The position numbers and the translations under genes are program-made. This document shows positions 36,723 to 48,242 of a stretch of 64,000 nt of DNA, in pieces. The notes under the pieces are model-generated. The model made no database searches. It saw only the letters and a list, made by a program, of their open reading frames with translations, and was not told the DNA's origin. This DNA is from Squalus acanthias (taxonomy: Eukaryota): assembly GCA_030390025.1 (NCBI GenBank), contig CM059432.1, positions 146,508,001 through 146,572,000 of the forward strand, in the 5' to 3' direction. Position 1 is the stretch's first letter; every line of letters starts with the position of its first letter.

Positions 36723-37480
36723 GGCCCAGATATTCCGATCGCAGGCCTCCTGCGGGCAGAGGGCTGCGAATTGGAAAAATCCGCACCAAGACCGGAGGGC
36801 TCCCGAGAGGCGCAGAGTTCCGCTGCTGGGCCTCTCCAAACTGCCGGTGCGCAGGGCCCATGTACCCCAGGGGCGCAGGCTGTTCGCAGCGTCCCTGGGA
36901 TTACGTGGGCCATGGGGAGCCAATCAGAGAAGGGCATCTCCCTTCATACACTTGACAGGAAGACCTGTCAAATATATGAATGGAGATCACCCCAAAAACA
37001 TAGTAAAACTTTAAATAATTTTTTTTTTTAAATCACATTTTAAAAATGACTTTAAATTACAATAAATTAAGTAATTTACACAAAAATTTTATTTTTTGAA
37101 AAAACTAATTAAAGTTTTTAACAGGGCTAAAAATAAACTTACCTTTCTTTAAAGTATTTTTAAATGATAAATCAGTGGAATTTTTTTTTTTTTACTTTTT
37201 TTCAGCTCTTATCCTGGTAAAAGCAGGCCTTACGCTGCTTTTATCAGGCGCAAGAATTGTAAGTGTTTTCTGCGGGCGGAGGGTCTCCAGAAAGCGGAAC
37301 TCTCCCCCCGCAGATGCCCTTCTCCCGGGCAGCCGGAGGATCTGTCAAGAGCTTTCTTGACAGATCGGAAATGCCCGTTTCCAGCGCATGCGCTGTGCAT
37401 GCCTGAAACCGGCATTTCCGATGTCCCTACGGGTGAGTACACAGCGCGTACACACCCGTAGGGATCGGAATTTCTGCACC
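36723..37480. mobile_element. Harbinger-type MITE, family D
   Basis: TIR GGCCCAGATATTCCGATCGC vs GGTGCAGAAATTCCGATCCC (16/20) and flanks AAT/ATT. GC-rich arms with an AT-rich core. Confidence 0.82.
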
Positions 37481-37629
37481 ATTGTCTGGAATTTTCTTTA
37501 CCTGGGCGAGTCCGGTGTGGGCGGTGGCCATGTCAGGTCGCGACCCCGCTGCTGGCTCCATCCTGCTGTTGAAAATGAACTTACCTGAATGGGGCCGATT
37601 AAGGTGAGAGTGCTACCAACTGAGCCACT

Positions 37630-38675
37630 GGCTGTTACTCTTTTATAAAACATTAGTTAGACCACAGCTAGAGTACAGCATACAGTTCTGGCCATCATAT
37701 TACAGGAATGATGTGATTGCACTAGAGAGGGTACAGAGGAGATTTACGAGGATGTTGCCAGGACTGGAGAATTTTAGTTATGAGGAAAGATTGGATAGGC
37801 TGGGGTCGTTTTCTTTGGAACAGAGAAGGCTGAGTTAATTAAGGTATATAAAATGATGAGGGGCCAAGATAGAGTGGATGGGAAGGACCTATACGGAGTT
37901 GGGGAGAACTTTTTTCACCCAGAGGGTAGTGGGAATCTGGAACTCACGTCTTGAAAGCGTAGCAGAGGCAGACAGGGCTACGGACCAAGAGCTGGAAAAT
38001 GGGATTAGGCTGGATTGCTCTTTTTCGGCCGGCCCATGTACGATGGGCTCCTTCTGTGCCGTAAATTTCTATGATTCTATGAAACAGCAACAGTATAACA
38101 CTCCTTCACAAAATATACATTGGAAGAGCTGGCTACTGAGCAAGTAACAAGAGATTTATGAGGGTGATGGAACTAAAGGCCTGGTTGAAGCAATGAGATT
38201 TTAAGAAGCTTTTGAAGGCAAGAGGTATAGAAAGTCAGATTGGTTGTGAGAGAGAACTGCAGAGAGCAGGGGCATAGAAACTGAAAGGCTGAGCTCTGAT
38301 GGTGGAGTAGAGGGCGCAATAAACTAGAGAGCTGTATAAAATTGTGAGGGTCCTCGATAGAGTGGATAGGAAGCACCTATTTCCCTTAGCAGAGAGGTAA
38401 ATAACCAGGGAGCATAGATTTAAAGTAATTGGTCAAAGGATTGAGGAGAACGTTTTTCACCCAGCGGGTGGTGGTGGTCTGAAACTCACTGCCTGAAAGG
38501 ATGGGAGAGGCAGAGACCCTCATCTTAAAAAAAGTACTTGATATGCACTTGAGGTGCCGTAACCTACAAGGCTACGGACCAAGAGCTGGAAAGTGGGATT
38601 AGGCTCTTTTTCGGCCGGCACGGACACGATGGGCCGAATGGCCTCCTTCTGTGCCATAAATTTCTATGATTCTAC
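37630..38675 (+). mobile_element. Two tandem CR1 3' fragments (about 37630-38082 and 38330-38675)
   Basis: CR1 C-terminal motifs and ATTTCTATGATTCTA tails. Confidence 0.8.
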
Positions 38676-38699
38676 GTAGGCAGCAGGGTCACCCATAAA

Positions 38700-39600
38700 C
38701 AAATGATAGCCATCTTGACCAAAGCTTCAGCTACCTAGATGGATCTGGGGACATCCTTTAATATAGCCCCAACCAAGTTCTCCAAGATCACTGGTACATG
38801 CTGCATCGTATAAAGCCTCGCCATTCAAAGATGACCAACATGAAGAGGAGGAAACAGCTAGAGTCAGCAGCAACTCTAGACGAAACCTGCACCAATGTAC
38901 CAACAGCCGTCTCCAGACCTGCACCATGCAGCAGCTAAATATATTGACCTCTGTTGAAACCGTACTGCCACAGATCCCATTCCTTTCATATTATACAATA
39001 CCATCCCAAACAAATTATCTGGAAATATCAAATTTATTGCTCACCAAATACACGCATGTGCAGTATGTAGTGTGTAGATGCTTCCACTTGATGGTAGTAC
39101 AGGGTAGATATTCCATTTTCGGACCAAAAAAAAATCAAGGGCTGTGGATTATAATTTCCCAATATGCTCTCCCAGTAGGTAAGGTTCCACACTGGCAGTG
39201 TGAAATTCGAAAACATACCCTTAAATGTTTGACATGTTTCAGTTCCTAATCCATCTAATGTTCCTTGACAGCAGCCATGTGGCTCTATGGGCTGCTGCAC
39301 CCAGATCACCTGCCTTACTAAACTGTAAGAGCTTCCACTCCACCAGCGTGCAGGTTGTTTGTGACCATCACAATAAGATCATGCAGTGTGGTTCTAAATG
39401 CTCTCTCAGTGGTTGGAGTAAGTGAGCTTGTTAACTGCTGGGTATGAGTGGGAGCCTGTCGATATAGAGTTGGCCCTTTGTCACTCTGTGCTGGATCATG
39501 AAATATCCCGACAATTAGCTCAGACACGTCCACAGGGAGGTAATGACAAACTTGTACAAGGAGCAGTCAAAGTGCTGTGGGCAGTTGTGGGTGCCCCATT
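38700..39600 (+). pseudogene. Very decayed Harbinger transposase
   Basis: LNCKSFHSTSVQVVCDH in ORF 39225..39425 corresponds to the FHS.NVQ.V motif in ORF 47398..48129. Confidence 0.5.
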
Positions 39601-39659
39601 ATAGAAATTATATTAAAACAATAGAGAGCATATCGATGATATCAGGGATGAGAAACAAC

Positions 39660-40528
39660 TGCCGGGATCTTACCTGAAGAGGCGCGTTGGGGGCGGGACT
39701 GCTGCCTTTCGGGTTCTAGTCCCGCCCCCAGCAACGTCCGACGCACAGACGCTATTTTGCGTCAATTGGCCTTGTTAAGCCCGCCCTGCGGGCTTGCCAG
39801 CCAATTAAGAGAAAGCCAGTGTCAGATGACATCGGTTGATGACGCATTATCTGCCGGGTTTTTTAAAGGGGCCATCACCATTTCTTTTTGACAGATGATT
39901 TTTTTCAGTGTTTGACAGCATTGAGGTGCTGCAAACACTGACAATCACTGTACAAAGGTGAGCCCTTGAACCCAGGCTCTCCAGTGACTCTCTCCTAAGG
40001 CTAAAACAGATGGCAGCTGCAGGTGAGGTTACAGGAGCGATCTGTCACTGGTGAGAGAGGTTCTCCCAATGAGGTGGGACTACACAAACACTTCAAAGCT
40101 TGTCACGTACAGAAAATTCTAAACACGTTAAAAATGACTTTCCCAACATTTTCTTACCTCTGCAACTCACTAGTGCATCATTGGATCCTTCGCACCACTT
40201 CTGCAGCTGTCATCAATACACAAACATTACAGTAGACCCACAGCACGCCACACTTACCCTGGCAGGGTTTCCCGACGTTGGGAAGCCTGCAGTAGAAGTG
40301 TCAAAATTGGAAAAAGCCTCTTAACTACCTGTTAACAGGCAGTTAAGTGGCTGTAATCCTCTTCCCGCTGCTAGGAGTCGGGTTCCTGCGCAAATCGGGG
40401 ACCCGACTCCCGGGAAGATTGATTGGAGGCGGGTTAGAAGCGGGTTCGGGAGCCGCTGCCAATCTTTTTGATTTTGCCAGCAGTCCCGCCTCCAAACCCG
40501 ACCCCTGAGCGCCGGCAAAATCGCCCCC
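39660..40528. mobile_element. Harbinger-type MITE, family C (inverted relative to 12239)
   Basis: Right end GGCAAAATCGCCCCC; 40330-40515 is the inverse homologue of 12250-12420. Confidence 0.65.
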
Positions 40529-40789
40529 TATGCTTCTGAGGAGAAACTTGAGATATTAGGACTATTTCTAATGGATCAGAAAAGGCTAAGAGGAGATTTG
40601 CTGGTGGTTTTTAAAATTATGAACAGTTTTGATAGGATGAATAAGGAGAGTCAACTTCCTATGGTTGGGGAGTCAGGGATGGGGGCGGGGGAGGGGTCAC
40701 TAATTTGAGGTCAGAATCTACAGGCTCAGCAGTTGAGGTAGGATGCAAGCTGGTTCTCCGGCCAGCAGATTCCTGTTCCTCCACTGTCA

Positions 40790-41535
40790 CCAATAATAAC
40801 AACTTCCATTTATATAGTGCCTTTACCATAGTAAAACATTCCAAGGCGCTTCACAGGAGTATTATTGAACAAAATTTGACACCGAGCCACATGAGGGGAT
40901 ATTAGGGCAGATGACCAAAAGCTTGGCCAAAGAGGCAGGTTATAAGGAGCATCTTAAAGGAGGCAAGAGAGGTAGAGAGGCGGAGAGGCTTAGTGAGGGA
41001 ATTCCAGAGCTTAGTGCCTCGGCAACTGAAAGCACAGGTGGAGCGATTAAAATTGGGGATCTGCAAGGGGCCAGAATTGGACGAGCACAGATATCTCAGG
41101 GAGTTGTGGGGCTGAAGGAGATTACAGAGATCAGGAAGGCCAAGGCCATGGAGGAATTTGAAAACAAGGATGAGAATTTTATAATCGAAGCGTTGCTTAA
41201 CCGGGAGCCAATGTAAGTCAGAGAGCACAGGGGGTGATGGATGAACGGGACTTGGTACAAGTTAGGATGCAAGCAGCAGAGTTTTGGATGAGCTTAAGTT
41301 TAGGTAGGATGGAAGATGGGAGGGCGGCCAGGAGTGCGTTGGAATCGTCAAGTCTAGAGGTAACAAAGGCATGGATGAGGGTTTCAGCAGCAGATGAGCT
41401 GAGGCAGGGGCGGAGTCGGGCGATGGTGCGGAGGTGGAAATAGTGATGGCGCAGAAATGTGGTCAAATAAGTTTGCGAATGATCTGGTTCAGCCTCAGGC
41501 AGTTGCCAGGGAGAGTGAGGGAGTTGCTGGCTAGG
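40790..41535 (-). mobile_element. Older L2 3' fragment
   Basis: ORFs 40902..41228 and 41218..41559 (SRLDDSNALL, LHWLPV) with an AAC/AAT tail. Confidence 0.88.
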
Positions 41536-41949
41536 ACCACACCACCTGCTCCTCCTCACCCATGCTCTGGATTACCCAATCTTACTCTCTAAATCAAAAT
41601 TAATGGAGGGAAAATTGTGAACAGCATGCCACAATTTTCAGATATATGCTGTTGACACATGAGTCAGTAGCGTGCATTCAAAAATCGGCCCTATAGTGAG
41701 ATGCAGTGCCCATCCTGCAGCCCATCGTGGGTGTGAGTACATGTATGTGCATCAGGCAGCAAGACTCAGATGGAAGAATTTGAAGGTGGAAAGGTTTACA
41801 GGTATAATGGCAACATAAGATTGCTGTGGTAAAAAAGTTAAAGAAAGTAAGCTTTATTGTATGAGTTTTTGTTCTTGGTAGGAGTCTCACCTGCTGGATG
41901 TGCATATTTGAAATTTGAGTAATTGCCGCAGATGATTTTCCGACAATTG

Positions 41950-42585
41950 AAAAAAGGCTAATGGAATGCTGGCCTTTATATCTAGAGGACTAGAGTACAA
42001 GGGGGTAGACGTTATGCTGCAGCTATACAAAACCCTGGTTAGACCACACCTGGAGCACTGTGAGCAGTTCTGGGCACCACACTATAGGAAGGATATATTG
42101 GCCTTGGAGGGAGTGCAGCGTAGGTTTACCAGAATGATACCCGGACTCCAAGGGTTAAGTTAGGAGGAGAGATTGCACAAACTAGGGCTGTATTCCCTAG
42201 AATTTAGAAGGTTAAGGAGTGATCTGAACGAAGTTTTCAGGATATTAAGGGGAACAGATAGGGTAGATAGAGAGAAACTATTTCCGCTGGTTGGGGATTC
42301 TAGGACTAGGGGGCATAGTCTAAAAATTAGAGCCAGACCTTTCAGGAGTGAAATTAGGAAACACTTCTACACACAAAGAGTGGTAGAAGTTTGAATTCTC
42401 TTCCGCAAACGGCAATTGATGCTAGATCAATTGTTAATTTTAAATCGGAGATTGATAGATTTTTGTTAACCAAAGGTATTAAGGGATGTGGGGCAAAGGC
42501 GGGTATATGGAGCTAGGCCACAGATCAGCCATTGAATGGCGGAACAGGCTCGAGGGGCTGAATGGCCTACTCCTGTTCCTATGAT
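41950..42585 (+). mobile_element. CR1 3' fragment
   Basis: ORFs 41966..42163 and 42173..42394, followed by the CR1 3' UTR. Confidence 0.88.
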
Positions 42586-43176
42586 ATATCAGTAGTTCTT
42601 TTATATATTGAGGAGGCAGAAGTGCAGCTTATACATTGAATTTTACAGCGCTTAAAGATTCAGATAACAAGATTGCACTAGCGTCCTCCCACTTTGCTGG
42701 AATAATCAATGTGTGATTGTTTCCTTCAACTGCTTGTTGCATTTTGGTAGACCTCAGCTGAACTGTCTCTTGTTGGGCATTGCACTGCCAGATCAGTTCA
42801 TCTAAGTCCACTCCTGTGCTTGTGCTGCCCAGGCTACAGAGCACTGTAGAGAATGGAACCACTTCACTGATTGCTTTCACTCTACCTCCTGTAGTGTTTT
42901 CCACTCTTAATTAATATGCCTGGCCTGCCCTTCATGTCTTCCTTCCCCACATAGTTACAAAAATGTACGGCATTGCTCACAGCCAACCACACTCTTCTTC
43001 AAGGTGATGAGCCAGAGAATAGTTGTACAGTCGTGCGTGGTTGGCTACAACTATTTTTCTTCCGAATCACCTGAAGAAATGCGAGTGAAAATTTAGTTGA
43101 GGAAGAAGAAGCAAGTTATTAAGCATGTGTAACCACAACATGAAGTATTCATTTTTGTATTTGTTAAAGAGACATT

Positions 43177-43941
43177 GGCCTTAATATTAACACCCACACG
43201 ACAGGCAGGAGAGGGTCGGGGGGGGGGGTTTAAAAAATTTTAAACGGGGAACGTATCCCCAACCCGCCACGTATGCGCCCATTGCCATTTTACGATAGGA
43301 CGTTTCACGCGAGTGTCCCACCCTCGAGAGACACTTCATTAACATATTTAAATCAGGCTTCCACAGTGCAATTGGAAGCCTGATTTAAATTTAACTGTTG
43401 CCGTGCGGGTTTCCCAGGGCTCCGGAAAACCTGGTAGCGAAGGGGAGGCGGGAGCGGCCAGCTGAAGAAGGTAAATGCATTTTATAGCTCTCCTTGTGGG
43501 CCAGGAGGAGCAGCACTGAAGGAAACCTTCAGCCTCCCCTCTGCCACCAATGGTGCCCTCCCTCCCCAAACCCCGATCTCTAACTCTCTCTCTCTCTGCC
43601 ACCAACGGTTACCTCCCTCCCCAAACCTCGATCTCTAACTCTCTCTCTCTCTGCCACCAATGGTGACCTCCCTCCCCTACCCCGATCTCTAGCTCCCTCC
43701 CTGCTCCCAATTGCTGGGGACTGTCCCGAGGGTCTCCGGCTGCAGCCTCCTGCCGCTGATTTTTCCCACCCGGCAGCAGGACAGCCCGTCAATTTGGCTG
43801 GCAGCCAGGCGGGAGGCAGAGAAACAGAATTATAATGTGACCCTGTCGTTAAATTTGGCAGGACCGTGCGTCCTCAGCCTTGCCACTACTGCGCACCGAC
43901 ACACCCTCCCCACCTCCCCACCTCCCCATAAATATCAGAGC
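43177..43941. mobile_element. Harbinger-type MITE with an internal tandem repeat of about 60 bp
   Basis: Ends GGCCTTAATATTAAC and ATAAATATCAGAGC resemble the 44317 terminus. Three units of CTGCCACCAA..CCTCCC..AACC.CGATCTCTA at about 43540-43695. Confidence 0.55.
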
Positions 43942-44614
43942 TAATGTCTTCATAGAATCAGAGGACAATACATCACCGAAGGAGGTTATTTGGCCCATTG
44001 TACCTGTGCTGGCTTTTTGAAGGAGCGATGCAATTAGTCCCACTCCCCTTGCCCTTTCCCTTAGTCTTGTTGGCGAACTTTTTACAGAGGAATCTCAATT
44101 CCTGGAATGCCATTCACTGTGCCGTGATGGTGAATTGAAGCAAGCGTTATGCTTGGTCTTGGCCTATTTAGAAACCCTTTGTAGAGTCTTGGATGGAATT
44201 TTATCGAGAAGGCAGGGCCTTTAACACATCTAACATCTTTTACAGTTGCATTCAAGCCAAACAAAAATTATATGAAAAAAATTGGTGGAGAATCATGTGA
44301 CAACATTTGAGAGTTTGGCCCCGATATTAACTCGGAGGAGAGTTCAGAGCAGGGGTGGGGGGGATGGGGGTGGGTGGGTGGGGGCGAGGGGGCGGTATCG
44401 GGTGGGAAACCCAGAAGTAAGTTCAGCACATCTGTCAATGCCATTTTAACGTAGCCAGCTCATTATCATTTTGCTTCCGGGTTTGTCGTCGATTGCGAGG
44501 CAACGGGCGTGATGTGGACCCCAGGATGCAATCTCAACTCCAGTATTTAAAGGGCCGATACAAAGATGGAATTTGGAGGAGGTAGGAGTTTGAACAAAGA
44601 GAGGGAGAAGTTTC

Positions 44615-46765
44615 ATGATGGATTCAGGACAGTCAAGGGCTGCACCTCGATTTAACAATGCATCACTTGATGTACTGCTGGGGGCCGTGAGGAGCCGGAG
44701 TGAGATACTCTTCCGCAGAAATGGGAGGACGAAACCTGCTGCTGTCACAAAGAAGGCATGGCTGGAAGTGGTCCAGGAGGTCAGCAGAAGGAGCATTGTG
44801 CCACGCTCCTGGATTCAGTGCAGGAAGCGCTTTAATGACCTAACCAAGTCAGGAAAGGTGAGTAGAGTTGCACATTCACCAACATCCTGCAGTGCACATC
44901 ACCCCATCCCTTCACTCTGCCTTGTCAAGCCTACTCCATCACATCACTCATCACACCCATCCTTCTCTTTCTATGCACTTCATCACATCCCCATCTATCC
45001 ATCCACCGCTGACACTCACCCTCATCCATATGCAATTTCATTCCTCTCCCTGATAGTCACCTTCACCAAATGCACTGCATCCATCGGGCAAACACCTGCC
45101 ATTACAGCCACTCATAGGTCTGTTCTTTCTCCCTTTGCAGAAGAAGAATGCTCAGAACATGAGGGAGAGAAAGAGAACTGGAGGTGGTCCTCCACAGAAC
45201 TCATAGCTAACAAATGCAGAGAAGGAAGCACTGGAGATCAGTTTCTGTATCCCGGGGGCTGTCAATGAAAAGGATAATCATTGAGGAGCAACAACAACAA
45301 CAACTTGTATTTATATAGCGCCTTTAACGTAGTAAAACGTCCTAAGGCGCTTCACAGGATTATTATAAGACAAAAAATTTGACACTGAGCCACATAAGGA
45401 GAAATTAGGGCAGGTGACCAAAAGCTTGGTCAAAGAGGTAGGTTTTAAGGAGCGTCTTAAAGGAGGAGAGAGAGGTAGTGAGGCGGAGATGTTTAGGCAG
45501 GAAATCCAGAGCTTAGGGCCTAGGCAACAGAAGGCACGGCCATCAATGGTTAAGCGATTACAATCAGGGATGCTCAAGAGGGCAGAATTAGAGGAGTGCA
45601 GATATCTCAGGGGGTTGTAGGACTGGAGGAGATTACAGAGATAGGAAGGGGCGAGGCCATGGAGGGATTTGAAAACAAGGATGAGAATTTTGAAATCGAG
45701 GCGTTGCTTAACCGGGAGCCAATGTAGGTCAGCAAGCACAGGGGTGATGGGCGAACAGGACTTGGTGCGAGTTAGGACATGGGCAGCCCAGTTTTGGATG
45801 ACCTCAAGTTTATGTAAGGTGGAATGTGGGAGGCCAGTCATGAGTGCGTTGGAATAGTCGAGTCTAGAGGTAACAAAGGCATGGATGAGGGTTTCAGCAG
45901 CAGATGAGCTGAGGCAAGGGCGGAAACAGGCGATGTTACAGAGGTGGAAATAGGCGGTCTTTGTTATGCCGCGGATATGTGGTCAGAAGCTCATTTCAGG
46001 GTCAAATATGACACCAAGGTTGTGAACAGTGTGGTTCAGCCTCAGACAGATGTTAGGGAGAGGGATGGAGTCAATGGCTAGGGAACGGAGTTTGTGTCGG
46101 GGAATGAAAACAATGGCTTCGGTCGAGCAGCAGAAATGTGCGATGTACTGACAGGCTTTCCAAGCACATTGTCCACGATTTCAGGGTGAATGGAGGAGTC
46201 CGCCTCAATAATGAGTGAGTTGATGTCGTAGGGCATTGCGATGATGCCTTCTTGTATAGATAGATTGGCCAACTCCGTGGAACATCAAACGCTGCAATCA
46301 AATGAATTCATGCATGCCTTGATCATGGTGGTGCAGACTCTGGATGCCAACATGTCTGCTGCCTTAAATAGGATGACAGATACCTTTGCCTTTGCCTTAC
46401 AGCGCCACACTGATCTGCACCAAAGTGCTCCCCAGCAGAGTGGAGGCACTGAATGGGATGAATGGCAAAAGGGGACATGGAAATGGGGAGCTCCACTCAA
46501 AGCGCTTCCACTTCTCACTCGTCGTCCCCGCAATCAGTACCCAACATGCCGCCTCGTGTCCCGCTGGCCGAGTCTGCCCCTGCACAGGCAGCAGGTGGAG
46601 CAGTTTTTGCTGGGGCCCTCACGGGCTCCAAAACACAGAGGACGTCAGCAAAGAGCATCGCGGTAGTCAGCGCAGGGATCTGAGCAGCCGGCCGCTTCCT
46701 CTGCTGAAGCCATAGGGGTTGCACCACGTAGGAGCAGTAGGAAAAGGAAGAGTAAAGCTTTGTAG
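44615..46765 (+). pseudogene. Harbinger Myb/SANT (trihelix) DNA-binding gene: exon 1 44615-44857, exon 2 from 45141, C-terminus ending at TAG 46763-46765
   Basis: APRF..L..L..AV..W..V..RSWIQCRKRFNDL. AAG|GTGAGT donor and TTGCAG| acceptor join in phase to KKNAQNMRERKRTGGG. Carries a premature stop and an L2 insertion. Confidence 0.85.
45291..46124 (-). mobile_element. 5'-truncated L2
   Basis: (AAC)n tail, ORF 45311..45841, TSD GAGCA at 45286-45290 / 46125-46129. Confidence 0.92.
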
Positions 46766-47080
46766 TTGCACAAGGGTATGCACATGTGCGTATGGTAAAA
46801 TTTATGTTGTGAAGTTTCTGTTCTTTCATAGAATCACATCAATTTTATTATTTTGTACCACTTTCCTCTCTTGCCTATTCTTGGTTGCTGAGTGGAAAGT
46901 CGCCTTTTAACTTGATTGATGATGAATGGGAAGACATGAATTAACAGCAACCAATGGGGGGATGTGCAAGGGGTGGTTGGTTGTTTGCAGGACTGCTTGC
47001 TTTCTGTCAGTACCATTTGGGGGGGGGGGCAGGAAGAGTGACTGTTGCATGTGCTTCTGACATCAGTCCACTGGTGCAAC

Positions 47081-48242
47081 CTAAGTGAACATTGCATTAA
47101 TAACCTTGTATCCCTGGCATCCAGGGCAGCAATGTGAGCAGCTGGTGGTGCATTGCCCTCATCAGCTTCCTCCTCCTCCTCTTTGGAATCATCCGCAGAG
47201 GATCTGTGCTCTTCACCTTGTTCCTCCTGCAGATGCAAGCCTCGCTGCTGGGCAATGTTGTGCAAAGTGCAGCCTGCCACGACCATTCTGGACACCCTGT
47301 CTGGTGTGTACTGAAGGGCGTCTCCAGATCTGTCTAGGCATCTGAAGTGCATCTTCAGCATGCCGATGGCTTGTTAGATCACATGGTCAGATGGCATTCA
47401 TTGTTGGGCTTCATTGGTTGGGTTTCTGATGGGTGTCATCAGCCAAGTTTGAAGTGGGTATCCCTTGCATCCTAGCAGCCACCCCTTAAGAGTGCGTGCA
47501 GGTCCAAATACGTCAGGGAGCTTGGACTGCCGCAGGATGAAAGCATCATGGCAGCTCCCCGGGAATCTCGCGCAAACCTGCAGAAATACCTTTTTGTCAT
47601 TGTATACCAACTGTACATTCTTGGAGTGGAAGGGCTGGCTGTTCACAAGTACTCCTGGTTGATCTGGGGTTGTGTATATTGCCACGTGTGTGCAGTCGGT
47701 GACGCTCTGCACCTGTGGGTAGCCAGCCAGAGACACAAACCTGAGCACCTGCTCAGTTTGACTGGTGCCATCGCAGGCGAAGTTCACATAATGGCCGGCC
47801 CTGGCAAACAACTCATCAGTCACCCGTCTTGTGCATTTGTGGGCCGCCGATTGGGAGATCCTGGATATGTCTCCTGTAGAACCCTGGAAGGATCCGAAGG
47901 CAACAAAGTTGAGGGCAGTGCTCACTTTGACAGCAACTGGTAACGCGTGGCCACCGCGTTCAGCAGGTCTTCTTCCAGGAGGCTGCAGATGTCTGCCACC
48001 ACCTGACGCAACAACCTGAGCCTCCTGAAGCAAAGCTGTTCCGATCAGCCAAGGAAACTCTGCCTCTGTCTGTGCACCTTTGTCGTGGGTAGCGCCTCCT
48101 GCGAGCTGCCCCCCTCTGCTGCTCTCCATCTCTGATGTCCAGCTGCAGGTCTCTCGCCAGTAGGCTGCAGCAGCTGGTGCTGGTTCTGGTTATATTGCTC
48201 CTCATCCGAGGTCCAACCTAAGGTAGCCAAGACGCCACCCAT
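47081..48242 (-). pseudogene. Harbinger (HARBI1-like) DDE transposase, frameshifted
   Basis: ATG at 48242 (MGGVLA). DCTHV, FHSKNVQLV, RFPGSCHDAFIL, WLLGCKGYPL, LKMHFRCLD, CTLHNIA and an acidic tail across ORFs 47398..48129 and 46834..47361. Confidence 0.9.

Noticed and set aside
43540..43695. CRISPR-like repeat array
   Set aside because: Degenerate tandem units without unique spacers, inside a MITE, in vertebrate DNA with no cas genes.
44615..48242. Domesticated host genes such as HARBI1, NAIF1 or MSANTD
   Set aside because: The stops, frameshifts, L2 insertion, terminal repeats and several related remnants nearby indicate a dead transposon.
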